DNA of 64,000 nucleotides from an uncultured Clostridia bacterium (GCA_964615905.1 CAZTUB010000005.1:56123-120122), one strand, 5' to 3'; positions 18,361 through 29,018 are shown, numbered from the stretch's first letter. The notes: generated by a model not told the origin, from the sequence alone. Numbers and translations are program-made.

Positions 18361-19085
18361 TTATGGGATTTAAGACAAAGCCTTTTAGTGACCAGGCCGC
18401 GATCATAACCGGCGGCGGCACCGGCATCGGTCGCGCGTTTACAGAGGCGCTTGCGGAGGCGGGCGCGAACGTCGTAATCGCCGCGCGCCGCAAAGAAGTG
18501 CTGCACAGGGCGGCCGACGAGATAAATTCAAGGCTTGATGCGGAGCGCGTCTTTGCTTACGCCTTTGATATAAGGGAGCGCGCGCAGGTCGAGCAGCTTG
18601 TCAAATACGTCGGCAATCGCTTCGGCTCGATTGACGTGCTGGTGAACAATTCGGGGCTTGCGGTGCCGGAGGCCGTGACAGAGATCACGGATGACGGCTG
18701 GTCGACGGTGCTCGACACGAACCTGCGCGGCGCGATGTGGCTCATCCGAGCGGTCGTGCCTCACATGATCGCAGGTGATTTCGGCGACGTGGTGAACATC
18801 GCATCTCAGGCGGGCAAGCAGGGTTACGCGGACGTGCCGTCGTACTGCGCATCAAAGTTCGGCCTGCTTGGGCTGGCCGAGTCGTTGCGCGACGACGTTT
18901 TGAAGCGCGGCGCGAACATACGCGTCTTTAACTTTTGCCCCGGCCTGGTCGATGTCGAGAGCGCGACAGACCAGCCGCCACGGCCCGGCTTCGTCCACGT
19001 CTCGAATATGGCCAGGGCTTTGATGTTCGCTTTATCGCTTGACCGCAACGTGGTCGTAGAAGATATAAATCTGTATTCCCGGTAG
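18357..19085 (+). CDS. SDR family NAD(P)-dependent oxidoreductase
   Basis: TGGGTGIGRA cofactor motif, NNSG, YCASK (YxxxK) catalytic motif. Overlaps the upstream GH13 stop by 4 nt (GTG start 18357; ATG at 18363 also possible). Confidence 0.85.
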   Translation: MIMGFKTKPFSDQAAIITGGGTGIGRAFTEALAEAGANVVIAARRKEVLHRAADEINSRLDAERVFAYAFDIRERAQVEQLVKYVGNRFGSIDVLVNNSGLAVPEAVTEITDDGWSTVLDTNLRGAMWLIRAVVPHMIAGDFGDVVNIASQAGKQGYADVPSYCASKFGLLGLAESLRDDVLKRGANIRVFNFCPGLVDVESATDQPPRPGFVHVSNMARALMFALSLDRNVVVEDINLYSR

Positions 19086-19169
19086 CCCGAAACGGCCAGC
19101 TCGATACCGGATTAGAGAAGTTTTTAACCCGTGCTCTTCAATCTTTAGAATTGCCAAGGAGGTGGTGGT

Positions 19170-21374
19170 ATGTTAGGTAGACTCGTCGCTATGATGCTGG
19201 CGACCGCGATCTGCGCAACGCCTGTGCTCTCAATGCAGAACCCTGCTCCGACGCCCGCCGCGCAAGACAAAGATACGATCAGGATCTCCACGTCGAGCGT
19301 GCAGATGGACGTGATCGTTACAGACAAGTCCGGCAAGCGGATAACCGGTCTGACCGCTTCGGATTTCCAGGTCCTTGACGAAGGCGTCCCGCAGAAGGTC
19401 GATTTCTTCTCGGCCATTGAAGGCTCTCGCGTGATCGCCTCGCTCGACGGCAAGCCGGCAGCGGGCGCGGCGGTAGGCGGGGCGACGAGGCCTAACGCGT
19501 CGCCGCTAGCCACACCTTTCGAGGGCCGTTTCGTCGTCCTCGTGATGGACGACCTCCACCTCACGACGGAGAACCTTATGCGGTCACGCGGCGCGCTGCT
19601 CGACTATGTAAACACGCAGATGAAGCCGACAGACATGGTGGCGGTCACCGCCACGACCGGCGCTATCGGCGCGTTGCAGCAGTTCACGAACGACAAGCAG
19701 CGGCTGATAGCGGCGATCAACCGGATCGGCGCGCTCGGCGGTTTTTCGGACCGCGCTCGCGATTCACGGTTCAACATGACGGCGGCAGAGGCTGTCCGCA
19801 TTGATGCGGGCGACCAGGGAGTGCTCACCAATGTAAAACGGCGCATGGCCCAGGACGACCCGGGTTTTAATCTCTATAAACCGCCCCAAAGAGAAAGCGG
19901 TAGTCGCGCCGGGAATAGGCCAACCACCAGGCCGGAAGAGCAGAACCCTGAAACAGCGACCGCGACCGAAAACGAAGATGACAATGACGCGCTCCAGAGC
20001 ATGATAAAGAGCGCGGCAAAGGCTCTCGTAAGCCAGATGTCAATGGCGGCGCAGGCCAGTTTGAAAACTCTCGCGAGCCTGTTTCAAAGCATGAGTGATC
20101 TGCCCGGGCGCAAGGTCGTCGTCCTTGTGACCGAGCAGCTTGTTACGGCAAGCTCGACGACAGGCGACCTGAGCGGGCAGCTCAACAACCTGATCGACAT
20201 CGCGCGGCGAAGCGGCGTGAGCGTCTACGCGGTCGATGCGTCGGGGCTCAGGGCCAATAACAGCCAGGCCAGCGAGCGTATCACCGGTCGCGAGTTACAG
20301 GTAAAAGCGACGAGGCTCGAAGCCACTTTCAGCGATTTTGAAAACCTCGGCGCGGCCCGCACGCTCGTGCTCGGCACAGGCGGCGAGATGATATTAAACA
20401 CGAACGACCTGTCGGTCGGCTTACAGAAAGCGATGGAGGATTCGAGCAGCTATTACGTCGTGGGCTTCACGCCCTCGGCCACGCCTGACAACAAGTTCCA
20501 CCAGCTGAACGTGTCGGTCAAGGGGCGGAGCGACCTCGTAGTGCGAACGCGGCACGGCTACCTTGCGGTCAACGCGGACACAGTGCGCGGGACCAATACG
20601 GAGCTTGTAGCGGCGTTGATCTCGCCGGTTCAGCGCATGGACATCCCGCTCGATGTGGTTGCCAACGTCCTGCCGGGCGAGGGCGGCCAGGTGACGATCA
20701 CGGGCTTTCGTGTCGGGCGCAACTACCTGAGCCTGCCCGCCGCAACCGCAGCAGACCAGACCGCCGCTTACGAGCTTGTGGCGTGGGTGTTCCCGGCGGG
20801 GCGCGACGAGCCAGTCGGGCGAATTGAAAAGACATTCACGTACGACGTGAAGGACCCGGAAGCGGTCAAGAAGCTAAAGACGGAAGGGTTTCTCTATGTC
20901 AGCAAATCGACGCAGCTCGCGCCGGGGCCTTATCAAGTCAGGGCAGTGGTAAGGGAAAAGACGACAGGCCATGTCGGGTCTGCGTACCAGTTCTTTGAAG
21001 TGCCGGACGTTAAGAACAAGAAAGACGTTTCGCTTTCGAGCGTGCTGCTTACGCCTACGGGGCAGGGTGAGTTCGGCGGCCATAACGCATTCAAGCCCTC
21101 AAGCGAAGTCGATATGAGGTGGGTGATATACAACGCGCCGAAGGACATAAAGACGCTTGAGCAACGAGTGAAGATGATCGACGCGCACGGGAAGGTCTTG
21201 ATGGACAGCCCGCTCGCGCCGGTCCCGGCGCAGGGCGCGGACCAGTCACAGGCGGCGCAGGGAACCAGATTCAAGCTGCCGCCGATGCGCGGGCGGTATT
21301 CGCTTATAGTGAGCTTGCAAGGTGATAAGGATAAGATAAGCGAAGAACGACGAGCAGATTTCAGCATCGAATAA
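19170..21374 (+). CDS. VWA domain protein of the acidobacterial VWFA-related type (TIGR03436-like), secreted
   Basis: Strong RBS GGAGGTGGTGG. Signal peptide. N-terminal hallmark block IRISTSSVQMDVIVTDKSGKRITGLTASDFQVLDEGVPQKV. VWA-like segment RFVVLVMDDLHLT... Confidence 0.65.
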   Translation: MLGRLVAMMLATAICATPVLSMQNPAPTPAAQDKDTIRISTSSVQMDVIVTDKSGKRITGLTASDFQVLDEGVPQKVDFFSAIEGSRVIASLDGKPAAGAAVGGATRPNASPLATPFEGRFVVLVMDDLHLTTENLMRSRGALLDYVNTQMKPTDMVAVTATTGAIGALQQFTNDKQRLIAAINRIGALGGFSDRARDSRFNMTAAEAVRIDAGDQGVLTNVKRRMAQDDPGFNLYKPPQRESGSRAGNRPTTRPEEQNPETATATENEDDNDALQSMIKSAAKALVSQMSMAAQASLKTLASLFQSMSDLPGRKVVVLVTEQLVTASSTTGDLSGQLNNLIDIARRSGVSVYAVDASGLRANNSQASERITGRELQVKATRLEATFSDFENLGAARTLVLGTGGEMILNTNDLSVGLQKAMEDSSSYYVVGFTPSATPDNKFHQLNVSVKGRSDLVVRTRHGYLAVNADTVRGTNTELVAALISPVQRMDIPLDVVANVLPGEGGQVTITGFRVGRNYLSLPAATAADQTAAYELVAWVFPAGRDEPVGRIEKTFTYDVKDPEAVKKLKTEGFLYVSKSTQLAPGPYQVRAVVREKTTGHVGSAYQFFEVPDVKNKKDVSLSSVLLTPTGQGEFGGHNAFKPSSEVDMRWVIYNAPKDIKTLEQRVKMIDAHGKVLMDSPLAPVPAQGADQSQAAQGTRFKLPPMRGRYSLIVSLQGDKDKISEERRADFSIE

Positions 21375-21408
21375 CACGAACGCGATGAGAGGAATGCGGA
21401 CCGTAGAT

Positions 21409-21503
21409 CGTGAACCGTGAACCGTAAACCGTGACAAGAGGGAGCAGATGCCTGGTCTGCCGCTCCTCTCTGACTTGTCACGGTTTACGGTTCACGGTTC
21501 ACG
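21409..21503. repeat. Long hairpin element, copy B: perfect 30-bp inverted arms (CGTGAACCGTGAACCGTAAACCGTGACAAG / reverse complement) with a 35-nt loop, between the VWA gene stop and the transporter gene start
   Basis: Arms 21409-21438 and 21474-21503 are exact reverse complements. Loop 5' AGGGAGCAG and 3' CTGCCGCTCCTCT can extend the stem imperfectly. Confidence 0.85.
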
Positions 21504-21521
21504 AAAGAAGGGGTGATTTAG

Positions 21522-22970
21522 ATGGAAAAGCCGCGTTTGAGCTTCTGGCAGATCTGGAATATGAGCTTCGGCTTTCTGGGTATACAGTTCGGCTGGGGGT
21601 TACAGCTTGCCAACATGAGCGGCATATACACGTACCTGGGCGCAAGGCCGGAAGAAGTGCCGATACTGTGGCTGGCTGGCCCCGTCACAGGGTTGCTTGT
21701 CCAGCCGATAGTTGGCTCGATGAGTGACCGCACGTGGAACCGTCTGGGTCGCCGCCGCCCCTATTTCCTGGTCGGGGCAATTTTCGCAAGCGTCGCGCTC
21801 TTTTTCATGCCCAACTCGTCCGCGCTGTGGATGGCCGCCGGTATGCTGTGGATACTCGACGCCAGCATAAACGTCAGCATGGAGCCGTTCCGCGCATTCG
21901 TCGCCGATAAGCTCAACACTGACCAGCGCACCGCGGGGTTTGTGATGCAGAGCTTCTTCATCGGCGTGGGCGCTACGCTTGCGAACATACTCCCGTATAT
22001 CTTCAGAGAGTACGGCGTAGACGCCGGAACGTCCACGACTGCAAACGCCATCCCGCCGAGCGTGACCTACTCATTCAAGATCGGCGCGGTGGCATTTTTG
22101 GCGGCCGTCTTATGGACGGTCTTCACAACCAAAGAGTACCCGCCTGAGAACATCGAGGAGTTCGAGCGTCACCGCCGAGAGCACAAGGGGATAGCCGCGG
22201 GGTTTGCCGAGATAACATCGGCAATGCGCGATATGCCGCGAACCATGAAGCAGCTGGCCGTCGTTCAGTTCTTCACCTGGCTCGGTCTGTTTTGCATGTG
22301 GATGTTTTTCGGGCTTACCACTTCATACCACATCTTCGGCGCGGCAAATGATAATGACCCGCTCTTTAAAGACGGGCAGGCGTGGGGAGGCATCGCCTTC
22401 GCCGTCTATTCGATCACCTGCTTCGTCGTAGCCTTCGCGCTGCCAAAGCTTGCAAAGGCGACCAGCCGCAAGACCGTGCACGCGGGCGCGCTCATCTGTG
22501 GCGGCATAGGTCTGCTGTCGGTCTACTTCATTCACGACAAGAACCTCTTGCTGCTGACGATGGTCGGCGTCGGCATAGCCTGGGCATCTATCCTGTCGAT
22601 GCCCTACGCGATACTTGCCGGCTCGCTCCCTGCGGCCCGCATGGGCGTCTACATGGGGATATTCAACTTCTTCATCGTCATCCCTGAGATAATCGCGTCA
22701 TTCAGTTTCGGCCCCGTCATACGCGCGCTCTTTGGGCCGGATAATCCATCGGCCCCGCTTTACGTGGTGATGGCGGGAGGCGCGTTCATGGTGATCGCCG
22801 CTTTATGCGTGGGGCTTGTCAGTGACGTGGCCGACCAGCCCGTCCCTGTGGGCGCCGTCTTGCGCGCAGACGAGTACGAGCCACTGATTGTTCCCGAATC
22901 GGCGCATCCTGTCCCAAGCACAGGCATGATCGACGAGCCGTCGAAGGGCGGTCGTCGCGAAAGCCAGTAA
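21522..22970 (+). CDS. GPH/SLC45-like sugar:cation symporter (MFS superfamily), probable maltose/sucrose-type transporter
   Basis: 12 predicted TM segments. SLC45/GPH signature [13 protein letters not shown] after TM2. RBS AAGGGG. Confidence 0.85.
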   Translation: MEKPRLSFWQIWNMSFGFLGIQFGWGLQLANMSGIYTYLGARPEEVPILWLAGPVTGLLVQPIVGSMSDRTWNRLGRRRPYFLVGAIFASVALFFMPNSSALWMAAGMLWILDASINVSMEPFRAFVADKLNTDQRTAGFVMQSFFIGVGATLANILPYIFREYGVDAGTSTTANAIPPSVTYSFKIGAVAFLAAVLWTVFTTKEYPPENIEEFERHRREHKGIAAGFAEITSAMRDMPRTMKQLAVVQFFTWLGLFCMWMFFGLTTSYHIFGAANDNDPLFKDGQAWGGIAFAVYSITCFVVAFALPKLAKATSRKTVHAGALICGGIGLLSVYFIHDKNLLLLTMVGVGIAWASILSMPYAILAGSLPAARMGVYMGIFNFFIVIPEIIASFSFGPVIRALFGPDNPSAPLYVVMAGGAFMVIAALCVGLVSDVADQPVPVGAVLRADEYEPLIVPESAHPVPSTGMIDEPSKGGRRESQ

Positions 22971-23019
22971 GAGGTGTGGGGCCGGGCGGCGAGCAACCGG
23001 GCAAGGCGCAAAATCAAGG

Positions 23020-24432
23020 ATGACGAGATCATTTAAAAAGAGATTTGAGCGAACCCTGCTGGTCATCGTTGCAGTCGCGGCGGCCGCCCCTGCACTGGCG
23101 CAACAGCCTGCGCGCGACTTCTCTCGCGAGACCGCGCTCAAGGCTCCAGCCTGGGTCGAAAGCGGCGTATTCTATGAAATATTTCCCCGCCAGTTTTCCG
23201 CCGAAGGCAACTTCAACGGCATCACCGCCCGGCTCGACGACCTGAAAAAACTCGGAGTCAACATACTCTGGCTAATGCCTATCCACCCGGTCGGACAGGA
23301 GAAGAAGAAAGGGACCATCGGCAGCCCTTACGCCGTGCGGGATTTCTACGCGATCAACCCCGATTACGGCACAGCCGAAGACCTCCGCCGGTTGGTCCGC
23401 GAAGCGCACCGTCGCGGACTCAAAGTCATAATAGACATCGTGGCGAACCACACGTCGTGGGACTCGGTGATGATGAAGACGGCTGATTTCTACACGCGCG
23501 ACGCTAGCGGCCGTGTCATCCCCCCTGTGCCCGACTGGGCGGACGTGGCCGATCTGAACTATGACAACCCGCGCTTGCGCGACTACATGATCGAGATGAT
23601 GAAGCACTGGATCAGGGAGTTCGACCTTGACGGTTTTCGCTGCGACGTTGCGGGGTTCGTGCCGACAGATTTCTGGGAGCGCGCGCGGGGGGAGCTGGAG
23701 CGCATCAAGCCTGACATAGTGATGCTTGCCGAATGGCACTCGCCCGACCTGATGGTCAAAGCCTTCGACGCCGATTATGCGTGGCCCTTTCACAGCGCGA
23801 TCACGGAGGTGCTGCAAGGGCGAGCGCCAGCGTCTCAGCTTCGGGCGGTGTGGCAAGAGGAGCGCTCAAAGTTTCCTCGAAACACGCTGCACATGCGTTT
23901 TTCGGATAACCACGACGAGCGCCGCGCAATCGCGAGGTTCGGCGAGCGCGCGGCGCTTGCCGCCTCCGCGCTGGTCTTTACGATGGACGGAGTGCCGCTC
24001 GTCTACAACGGGATGGAGGTCGGCGACACGACAGAATCGGGAGCGCCGGCGCTCTTTGAAAAGCTCCCGGTATTCTGGAAGATCGCCGAGCGGCGACCGG
24101 AATTTCCGCGCTTTTACGAGCAGATGATCGCGTTGCGCCGCAAGTCGCCCGCCCTGCAACAAGGCGAAACATTGTGGCTCGCAAACTCTGACGATTCGCG
24201 AATCGTCACATACCTCAGGCGCGGCCGCGACGAAGAGTTCCTTGTGGCGATCAATATGTCGAGCCGCCCGTTCGTCGGGTTTGTTGAAGTCGAAGGCGGC
24301 TCGACTTTCACCGACATCACGCCGAATCTGGATGCGCAAGGGAGTAAAGACGCGGTGAGGCGGACCGTCGGGCTTCCGTCTATCGCTCTCGATTCCTGGG
24401 GTTTTCGCATATTTCGCCGCGCGACGCGATGA
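23020..24432 (+). CDS. GH13 alpha-amylase family enzyme (470 aa), secreted
   Basis: Signal peptide. GLKVIIDIVANHTSWD (region I), DGFRCDVAGFV (region II nucleophile), MLAEW (region III Glu), FSDNHDERR (region IV). Confidence 0.85.
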   Translation: MTRSFKKRFERTLLVIVAVAAAAPALAQQPARDFSRETALKAPAWVESGVFYEIFPRQFSAEGNFNGITARLDDLKKLGVNILWLMPIHPVGQEKKKGTIGSPYAVRDFYAINPDYGTAEDLRRLVREAHRRGLKVIIDIVANHTSWDSVMMKTADFYTRDASGRVIPPVPDWADVADLNYDNPRLRDYMIEMMKHWIREFDLDGFRCDVAGFVPTDFWERARGELERIKPDIVMLAEWHSPDLMVKAFDADYAWPFHSAITEVLQGRAPASQLRAVWQEERSKFPRNTLHMRFSDNHDERRAIARFGERAALAASALVFTMDGVPLVYNGMEVGDTTESGAPALFEKLPVFWKIAERRPEFPRFYEQMIALRRKSPALQQGETLWLANSDDSRIVTYLRRGRDEEFLVAINMSSRPFVGFVEVEGGSTFTDITPNLDAQGSKDAVRRTVGLPSIALDSWGFRIFRRATR

Positions 24433-24475
24433 TCAAGAAGAAACGATGATACGAAATTTGATTGGAGATTTGACG

Positions 24476-25567
24476 ATGCAGAACCGAGGAAAGCTGATGG
24501 CCGTTTTGCTTGCGGTGGCGCTACTCGCGGCCGGGTGTGTGACTACGCCGCCCGGTCAACAACCGGCCAACCGCGAGCCGAAGTCGGGCAAGATTCGTAT
24601 AGGGTTTTCGATGGACACTCTGAAAGAAGAGCGGTGGCAAAAAGACCGCGACCTGTTTATGGCGCGCGCCGCAGAGCTTGGAGCGGAAGTCCTTTTACAA
24701 GTGGCCAACGGCGACGACGCGGCGCAGACGCAGCAGGCTGAAAATCTGCTCACTCAAAAAGTGGATGTGCTGGTCGTGGTCCCGCATAACGCCGAGGTGG
24801 CGGCTTCGATAGTCGATTCGGCCAACCGCCAGGGCGTTCCCGTCATCAGCTATGACCGTTTGATACGGAGAGCGGATGTCGATCTCTATATCTCGTTCGA
24901 CAACGAAAAGGTGGGCGAGTTGCAGGCGAGTTACTTGCTGGAGCGAGCGCCGAGGGGGAACTACGTGCTGATACAGGGCGCGCCCACAGACAACAACGCG
25001 CGACAGTTTCACGATGGGCAGATGAGAGTTCTGAAGCCCGCGATTGATCGCGGCGACGTGAAGGTGGTCCTCGACCAGCCCGCCCGCGAGTGGCTGGCCA
25101 GCGAGGCGTTGAAGCATACCGAAAACGCGCTGACTCAGGCCAACAACGACGTCGCGGCAATCGTCGCTTCAAACGACGGGGTGGCGGGCGGCGTTATACA
25201 GGCGCTCGAAGAGCAGAAGCTCGCGGGCCGCGTGCTCGTGTCGGGCCAGGACGCGGACCTCGCGGCGTTGCAGCGCATAGTTCAGGGGTCGCAGACGATG
25301 ACCGTCTACAAGCCGATTGACCCGCTTGCTCGCCGCGCAGCCGAAGCGGCCGTGTTGCTTGCTCGCGGCGAAAAGCCCGCAACCACCGCGACCGTAAACA
25401 ATGGCAAGCGAGACGTGCCGTCGATCTTGCTCGAACCCGTAGTGGTCGATAAATCGAACATCGCCGCGACCGTTGTAAAAGACGGCTTCCTCAGGCTCGA
25501 AGATATTTATAAGAACGTGCCGCGTGACCAGTGGCCCGCTCAACCGACGGCAATCGGCGGCAATTGA
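24476..25567 (+). CDS. xylF: D-xylose/monosaccharide ABC transporter substrate-binding protein (XylF family, CUT2), lipoprotein-type signal
   Basis: Extensive collinear similarity to E. coli XylF (RWQKDRD, YISFDNEKVGELQA, QGAPTDNNA, VASNDG.AGG.IQAL, VSGQDADLA, GSQTMTVYKPI, DVPS.LL.P..V.K.NI...V.KDGF). Start at ATG 24476 after GGAG. LLAAGC lipobox. Confidence 0.8.
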   Translation: MQNRGKLMAVLLAVALLAAGCVTTPPGQQPANREPKSGKIRIGFSMDTLKEERWQKDRDLFMARAAELGAEVLLQVANGDDAAQTQQAENLLTQKVDVLVVVPHNAEVAASIVDSANRQGVPVISYDRLIRRADVDLYISFDNEKVGELQASYLLERAPRGNYVLIQGAPTDNNARQFHDGQMRVLKPAIDRGDVKVVLDQPAREWLASEALKHTENALTQANNDVAAIVASNDGVAGGVIQALEEQKLAGRVLVSGQDADLAALQRIVQGSQTMTVYKPIDPLARRAAEAAVLLARGEKPATTATVNNGKRDVPSILLEPVVVDKSNIAATVVKDGFLRLEDIYKNVPRDQWPAQPTAIGGN

Positions 25568-25570
25568 GGA

Positions 25571-25664
25571 GGTGACAAGTGACAAGTGACGAGTGACAAG
25601 AGGGAGGAACTTTCCGACCGATCCTTTTTCTCTATCTTGTCACTCGTCACTTGTCACTTGTCAC
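25571..25664. repeat. Long hairpin element, variant copy D: 29/30-bp inverted arms of tandem GTGACAA heptamers (GGTGACAAGTGACAAGTGACGAGTGACAAG / reverse complement) with a 35-nt loop, between xylF and xylG
   Basis: Arms 25571-25600 and 25636-25664. Shares the GTGACAAG...CTTGTCAC core and a purine-rich/pyrimidine-rich loop layout with copies A-C. Confidence 0.8.
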
Positions 25665-25673
25665 TAAAACATT

Positions 25674-27212
25674 ATGGCGACAGGCACACCGCTTCTTGAG
25701 ATGCGCGACATTACAAAGTCTTTCCCAGGCGTGCGCGCTCTCGACGGGGTGACGTTCGATCTTTACGGGGGAGAGGTGCACGCGCTTGTCGGGGAAAACG
25801 GCGCGGGCAAATCTACTTTGATGAAGATATTGGGCGGCGTCTACCCTTACACAGACTACGGCGGGGAGCTGAAGATCGAAGGCCGTGAGCGCCGCTTCTC
25901 AGGCGTTCGCGATGCGGAGAGTGCGGGCGTCGCGGTTATCTTTCAAGAGCTGTCGCTTGTGAAGGATATGACGGTCGGTGAGAACATCTTTCTCGGTCGA
26001 GAGCCGCGCCGCTTCGGCGTGATCCGCTGGGGCGAGCTTTACGCTAAAGCCCAGCGCCTGCTCGACGACCTGCACCTGAATATTGACCTTCGCACGCCTG
26101 TCCGCAACCTCGGCATAGGCCAGCAGCAGCTTGTAGAGATAGCCAAAGCCCTTGCCTCCGAAGACGCGCGCATACTGGTGCTTGACGAGCCGACCGCCGC
26201 GCTCACGGACGCCGAGGTGGCGACGCTCTACTCGATCATAGACAAGCTGCGCGCTCGCAAAGTGGGAATGGTCTATATCTCGCACAAGCTCGAAGAGGTC
26301 TTTCATCTGGCCGACCGCATAACCGTTTTGCGCGACGGGCGCACAGTGGGCACGCACCCGAAGGACTCGATAAACGAGCAGCGCGTCATTGAATTGATGG
26401 TCGGGCGCGAAGTCAGCCAGCTTTTTCCCGTCCCTGAGCACGAGCCCGGCGAGACCGTCTTCGAGGCTCAAAATATCACCGTCTTCGATCCGGCGGTTGA
26501 TGGAAAGAAGCTCGTCGACAACGTCAGCTTTTCAGTGCGCCGGGGCGAAGTGCTCGGCATTGCGGGGCTGATGGGAGCAGGCCGCAGCGAATTGCTGATG
26601 GCGATATTCGGCGCGCACGCGGGGCGGCACTCGGGCGAGGTCCGTATCAACGGGAAGCCCGCGCGGCTCGCGAGCCCCGCGGCCGCTATCAAGCGAGGCG
26701 TCGGGTTCGTCACCGAAGACCGTAAACGTTTCGGCCTTGTGCTCGACCAGACGATCCTGAACAATATGACGCTTGCGAGCCTGGGCCGCGTGTCGGGCCG
26801 CTTCGTCACAGACGTAGATAGAGAGGCGTCCGCAGCAGAGCGCGAGATGCGCGCGCTTCGCATCAAAGCACCCACGGTCTTTACGGTCGCAGGGACGCTG
26901 TCGGGCGGGAATCAGCAAAAAGTCGTGCTCGCGAAATGGCTTATGACAGAGCCGGTCGTGCTCTTTTTAGACGAGCCGACGCGCGGGATAGACATAGGCG
27001 CAAAGCAGGAGATATACGCGCAGATCAACGCGCTTGCGAAAGCGGGCCTCGCTATAGTGCTCGTATCGTCCGAGCTGCCGGAAGTGCTCGGCCTGTCCGA
27101 CCGCGTGATCGTTCTTCACGAAGGGCGCGAGACGGGCCGGTTCACGCGCGCCGAAGCGACCCCCGAAGACGTGATGGCCTGCGCCACGGGCCATATGAAA
27201 CGGACAGCCTGA
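25674..27212 (+). CDS. xylG: Sugar ABC transporter ATP-binding protein, duplicated ABC domains (XylG family)
   Basis: Two Walker A motifs (GENGAGKST, GLMGAGRSE) and two signature motifs (LGIGQQQLVEIAKAL, LSGGNQQKVVLAKWL). High collinear similarity to E. coli XylG. 512 aa. Confidence 0.85.
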   Translation: MATGTPLLEMRDITKSFPGVRALDGVTFDLYGGEVHALVGENGAGKSTLMKILGGVYPYTDYGGELKIEGRERRFSGVRDAESAGVAVIFQELSLVKDMTVGENIFLGREPRRFGVIRWGELYAKAQRLLDDLHLNIDLRTPVRNLGIGQQQLVEIAKALASEDARILVLDEPTAALTDAEVATLYSIIDKLRARKVGMVYISHKLEEVFHLADRITVLRDGRTVGTHPKDSINEQRVIELMVGREVSQLFPVPEHEPGETVFEAQNITVFDPAVDGKKLVDNVSFSVRRGEVLGIAGLMGAGRSELLMAIFGAHAGRHSGEVRINGKPARLASPAAAIKRGVGFVTEDRKRFGLVLDQTILNNMTLASLGRVSGRFVTDVDREASAAEREMRALRIKAPTVFTVAGTLSGGNQQKVVLAKWLMTEPVVLFLDEPTRGIDIGAKQEIYAQINALAKAGLAIVLVSSELPEVLGLSDRVIVLHEGRETGRFTRAEATPEDVMACATGHMKRTA

Positions 27213-27267
27213 AGCATGTAGTTTCGAGGTCAGCTTTCGCAGAGCTACTCTCTTACGCGAGGTTGAA

Positions 27268-28473
27268 ATGGAGAGACCCGCAAACGAGCCGGTGATCGAC
27301 CGCCCGCCCGCGAACGCAGACGCAACGCCGCAGGTCAATCTGGGCGGCTTCCGCATACAGACCTCCGTGCTGCGCGCATATACGATGGTCATAGCGCTTG
27401 TGGCCGTCTGGATATTCTTCCATTACTCGACCGGCGGGATATTCCTCGAAGCTCGCAACTTCTCGAACCTCATGCGGCAAACGGCCGTGACGGGCGTGCT
27501 CGCGGTCGGGATGCTTATGGTAATAGTCACGGGGCAGATCGATCTTTCGGTCGGCTCTGTCGTAGGGCTTGCGGGCGGGCTCGCCGCAATCGCGCAAGGG
27601 TGGCTCGGATGGGGGCTTGTGCCGTCGCTTGCCGCGGGCGTAATGGTCGGCCTTGCGATAGGCGCGGTCCAGGGCGGGCTTGTCGCATATGCCAACATAC
27701 CCGCTTTCATCGTGACGCTCGGCGGGCTGCTCGCCTGGCGCGGGGTGATAAAAGGGGTCACGGCGGGAAACACGATCCCCGTTGAGCTGGCGGGTTTCAA
27801 GGCGCTGGGCCAATCTTATATCACGCCTGAGTCGGGGTATGTAATCGCGGGGTTTGCGGTCGCCATGATTGTCTGGCTTGCTATTCGTCGTGACCGTGCG
27901 CGCCGCAGGCACGGGTTTGCTCAAGAAAAGACTCTCGGCTTGATCGCGCGCATATTCTTTCCGTCAATCGTCGTCGTAGGGTTTATCTACGCGCTCAACT
28001 CATACTCAGGCGTGCCGATACCCGTAGTCATACTGATTGCGGTAGCGCTCGCGGGAGCGTTTATAACTCAGAACACGACCTTTGGCCGGTATCTTTACGC
28101 GATTGGCGGCAACCCGGACGCGGCGCGGCTGAGCGGTATAAACATACGCGCCCACCTGCTCGCGGTATTCTGCATAATGGGCGTGCTGACAGGCGTAGCG
28201 GCGATCATCTACACGGCGCGAGTTGGAAGCGGCGCTCCTGACGCGGGCGTGTTGCTTGAGCTTGACGCAATCGCGGCCTGCGTAATCGGCGGGGCGAGCT
28301 TGATGGGCGGTCGCGGCAGCGTTTTCGGCGCGTGCCTGGGCGCGCTCTTTATGGCGAGCCTCGACAACGGGATGTCGCTCAAGAACGTGCCCGATTTCAC
28401 GCAGGACATCGTCAAAGGCGCGATCCTTGTGACCGCCGTAGGGCTCGACATGCTTGGAAGAAAACGGAGGTAA
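27268..28473 (+). CDS. xylH: Sugar ABC transporter permease (XylH family, CUT2)
   Basis: Polytopic membrane protein, 401 aa, immediately downstream of the ATPase. Branched-chain/CUT2 permease-like conserved loop ...NPDAARLSGIN... Confidence 0.8.
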   Translation: MERPANEPVIDRPPANADATPQVNLGGFRIQTSVLRAYTMVIALVAVWIFFHYSTGGIFLEARNFSNLMRQTAVTGVLAVGMLMVIVTGQIDLSVGSVVGLAGGLAAIAQGWLGWGLVPSLAAGVMVGLAIGAVQGGLVAYANIPAFIVTLGGLLAWRGVIKGVTAGNTIPVELAGFKALGQSYITPESGYVIAGFAVAMIVWLAIRRDRARRRHGFAQEKTLGLIARIFFPSIVVVGFIYALNSYSGVPIPVVILIAVALAGAFITQNTTFGRYLYAIGGNPDAARLSGINIRAHLLAVFCIMGVLTGVAAIIYTARVGSGAPDAGVLLELDAIAACVIGGASLMGGRGSVFGACLGALFMASLDNGMSLKNVPDFTQDIVKGAILVTAVGLDMLGRKRR

Positions 28474-28478
28474 GACGG

Positions 28479-28991
28479 ATGGTTACCTTAGAGACGGAAC
28501 GCCTTCTTTTAAGGATGTGGAGAGAGAGTGATTTTGAAGCCTATGCGCGTTTCTGTTCCGACCCGGAAGTGATGCAGTTTCTCGGAGAGGGCCGTCCGCT
28601 CAGCCGTCTGGAAGCCTGGCGGCACATGGCCACGATTGTAGGGCACTGGCACTTGCGGGGCTACGGCATATGGGCGGTCGAGGAGCGAGAGACGGGAAAG
28701 CTTGTAGGGCGGATAGGGTTCTTCAACCCTGAAGGCTGGCCGGGCTTCGAGCTTGGCTGGGTGCTTGATAGAGAACACTGGGGTAAAGGCTTTGCGAGCG
28801 AGGGCGCCAGGCGCGCGCTCGACTATGCGTTCACAGAGATGAACCGCGATCACGTCATCAGCCTTATCCACCCCGACAACATCGGATCAATCCGCGTAGC
28901 CGAGCGGCTGGGGGAAAAACTTGAAGGGAAGACAGAGCTGTTCGGCCACGACGTTCTGATTTACGGCATCGACCGTGTGCGGGAACCCTGA
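28479..28991 (+). CDS. GNAT family N-acetyltransferase (RimJ/RimL-like)
   Basis: Start at ATG 28479 after GGAGG. LETERLLLR opening typical of RimL-type GNATs. Acetyl-CoA-binding-like region GRIGF...W..WGKG.A.E. Confidence 0.75.
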   Translation: MVTLETERLLLRMWRESDFEAYARFCSDPEVMQFLGEGRPLSRLEAWRHMATIVGHWHLRGYGIWAVEERETGKLVGRIGFFNPEGWPGFELGWVLDREHWGKGFASEGARRALDYAFTEMNRDHVISLIHPDNIGSIRVAERLGEKLEGKTELFGHDVLIYGIDRVREP

Positions 28992-29018
28992 TCAAACCTC
29001 AAACGGAGATAGACTTCA

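Noticed and set aside
23272-23856. 194-aa minus-strand ORF
   Set aside because: Antisense to the third GH13 gene.
28332-28478. Upstream extension of the GNAT ORF overlapping xylH
   Set aside because: Arg-rich extension. A GGAGG-preceded ATG at 28479 gives the canonical GNAT N-terminus.
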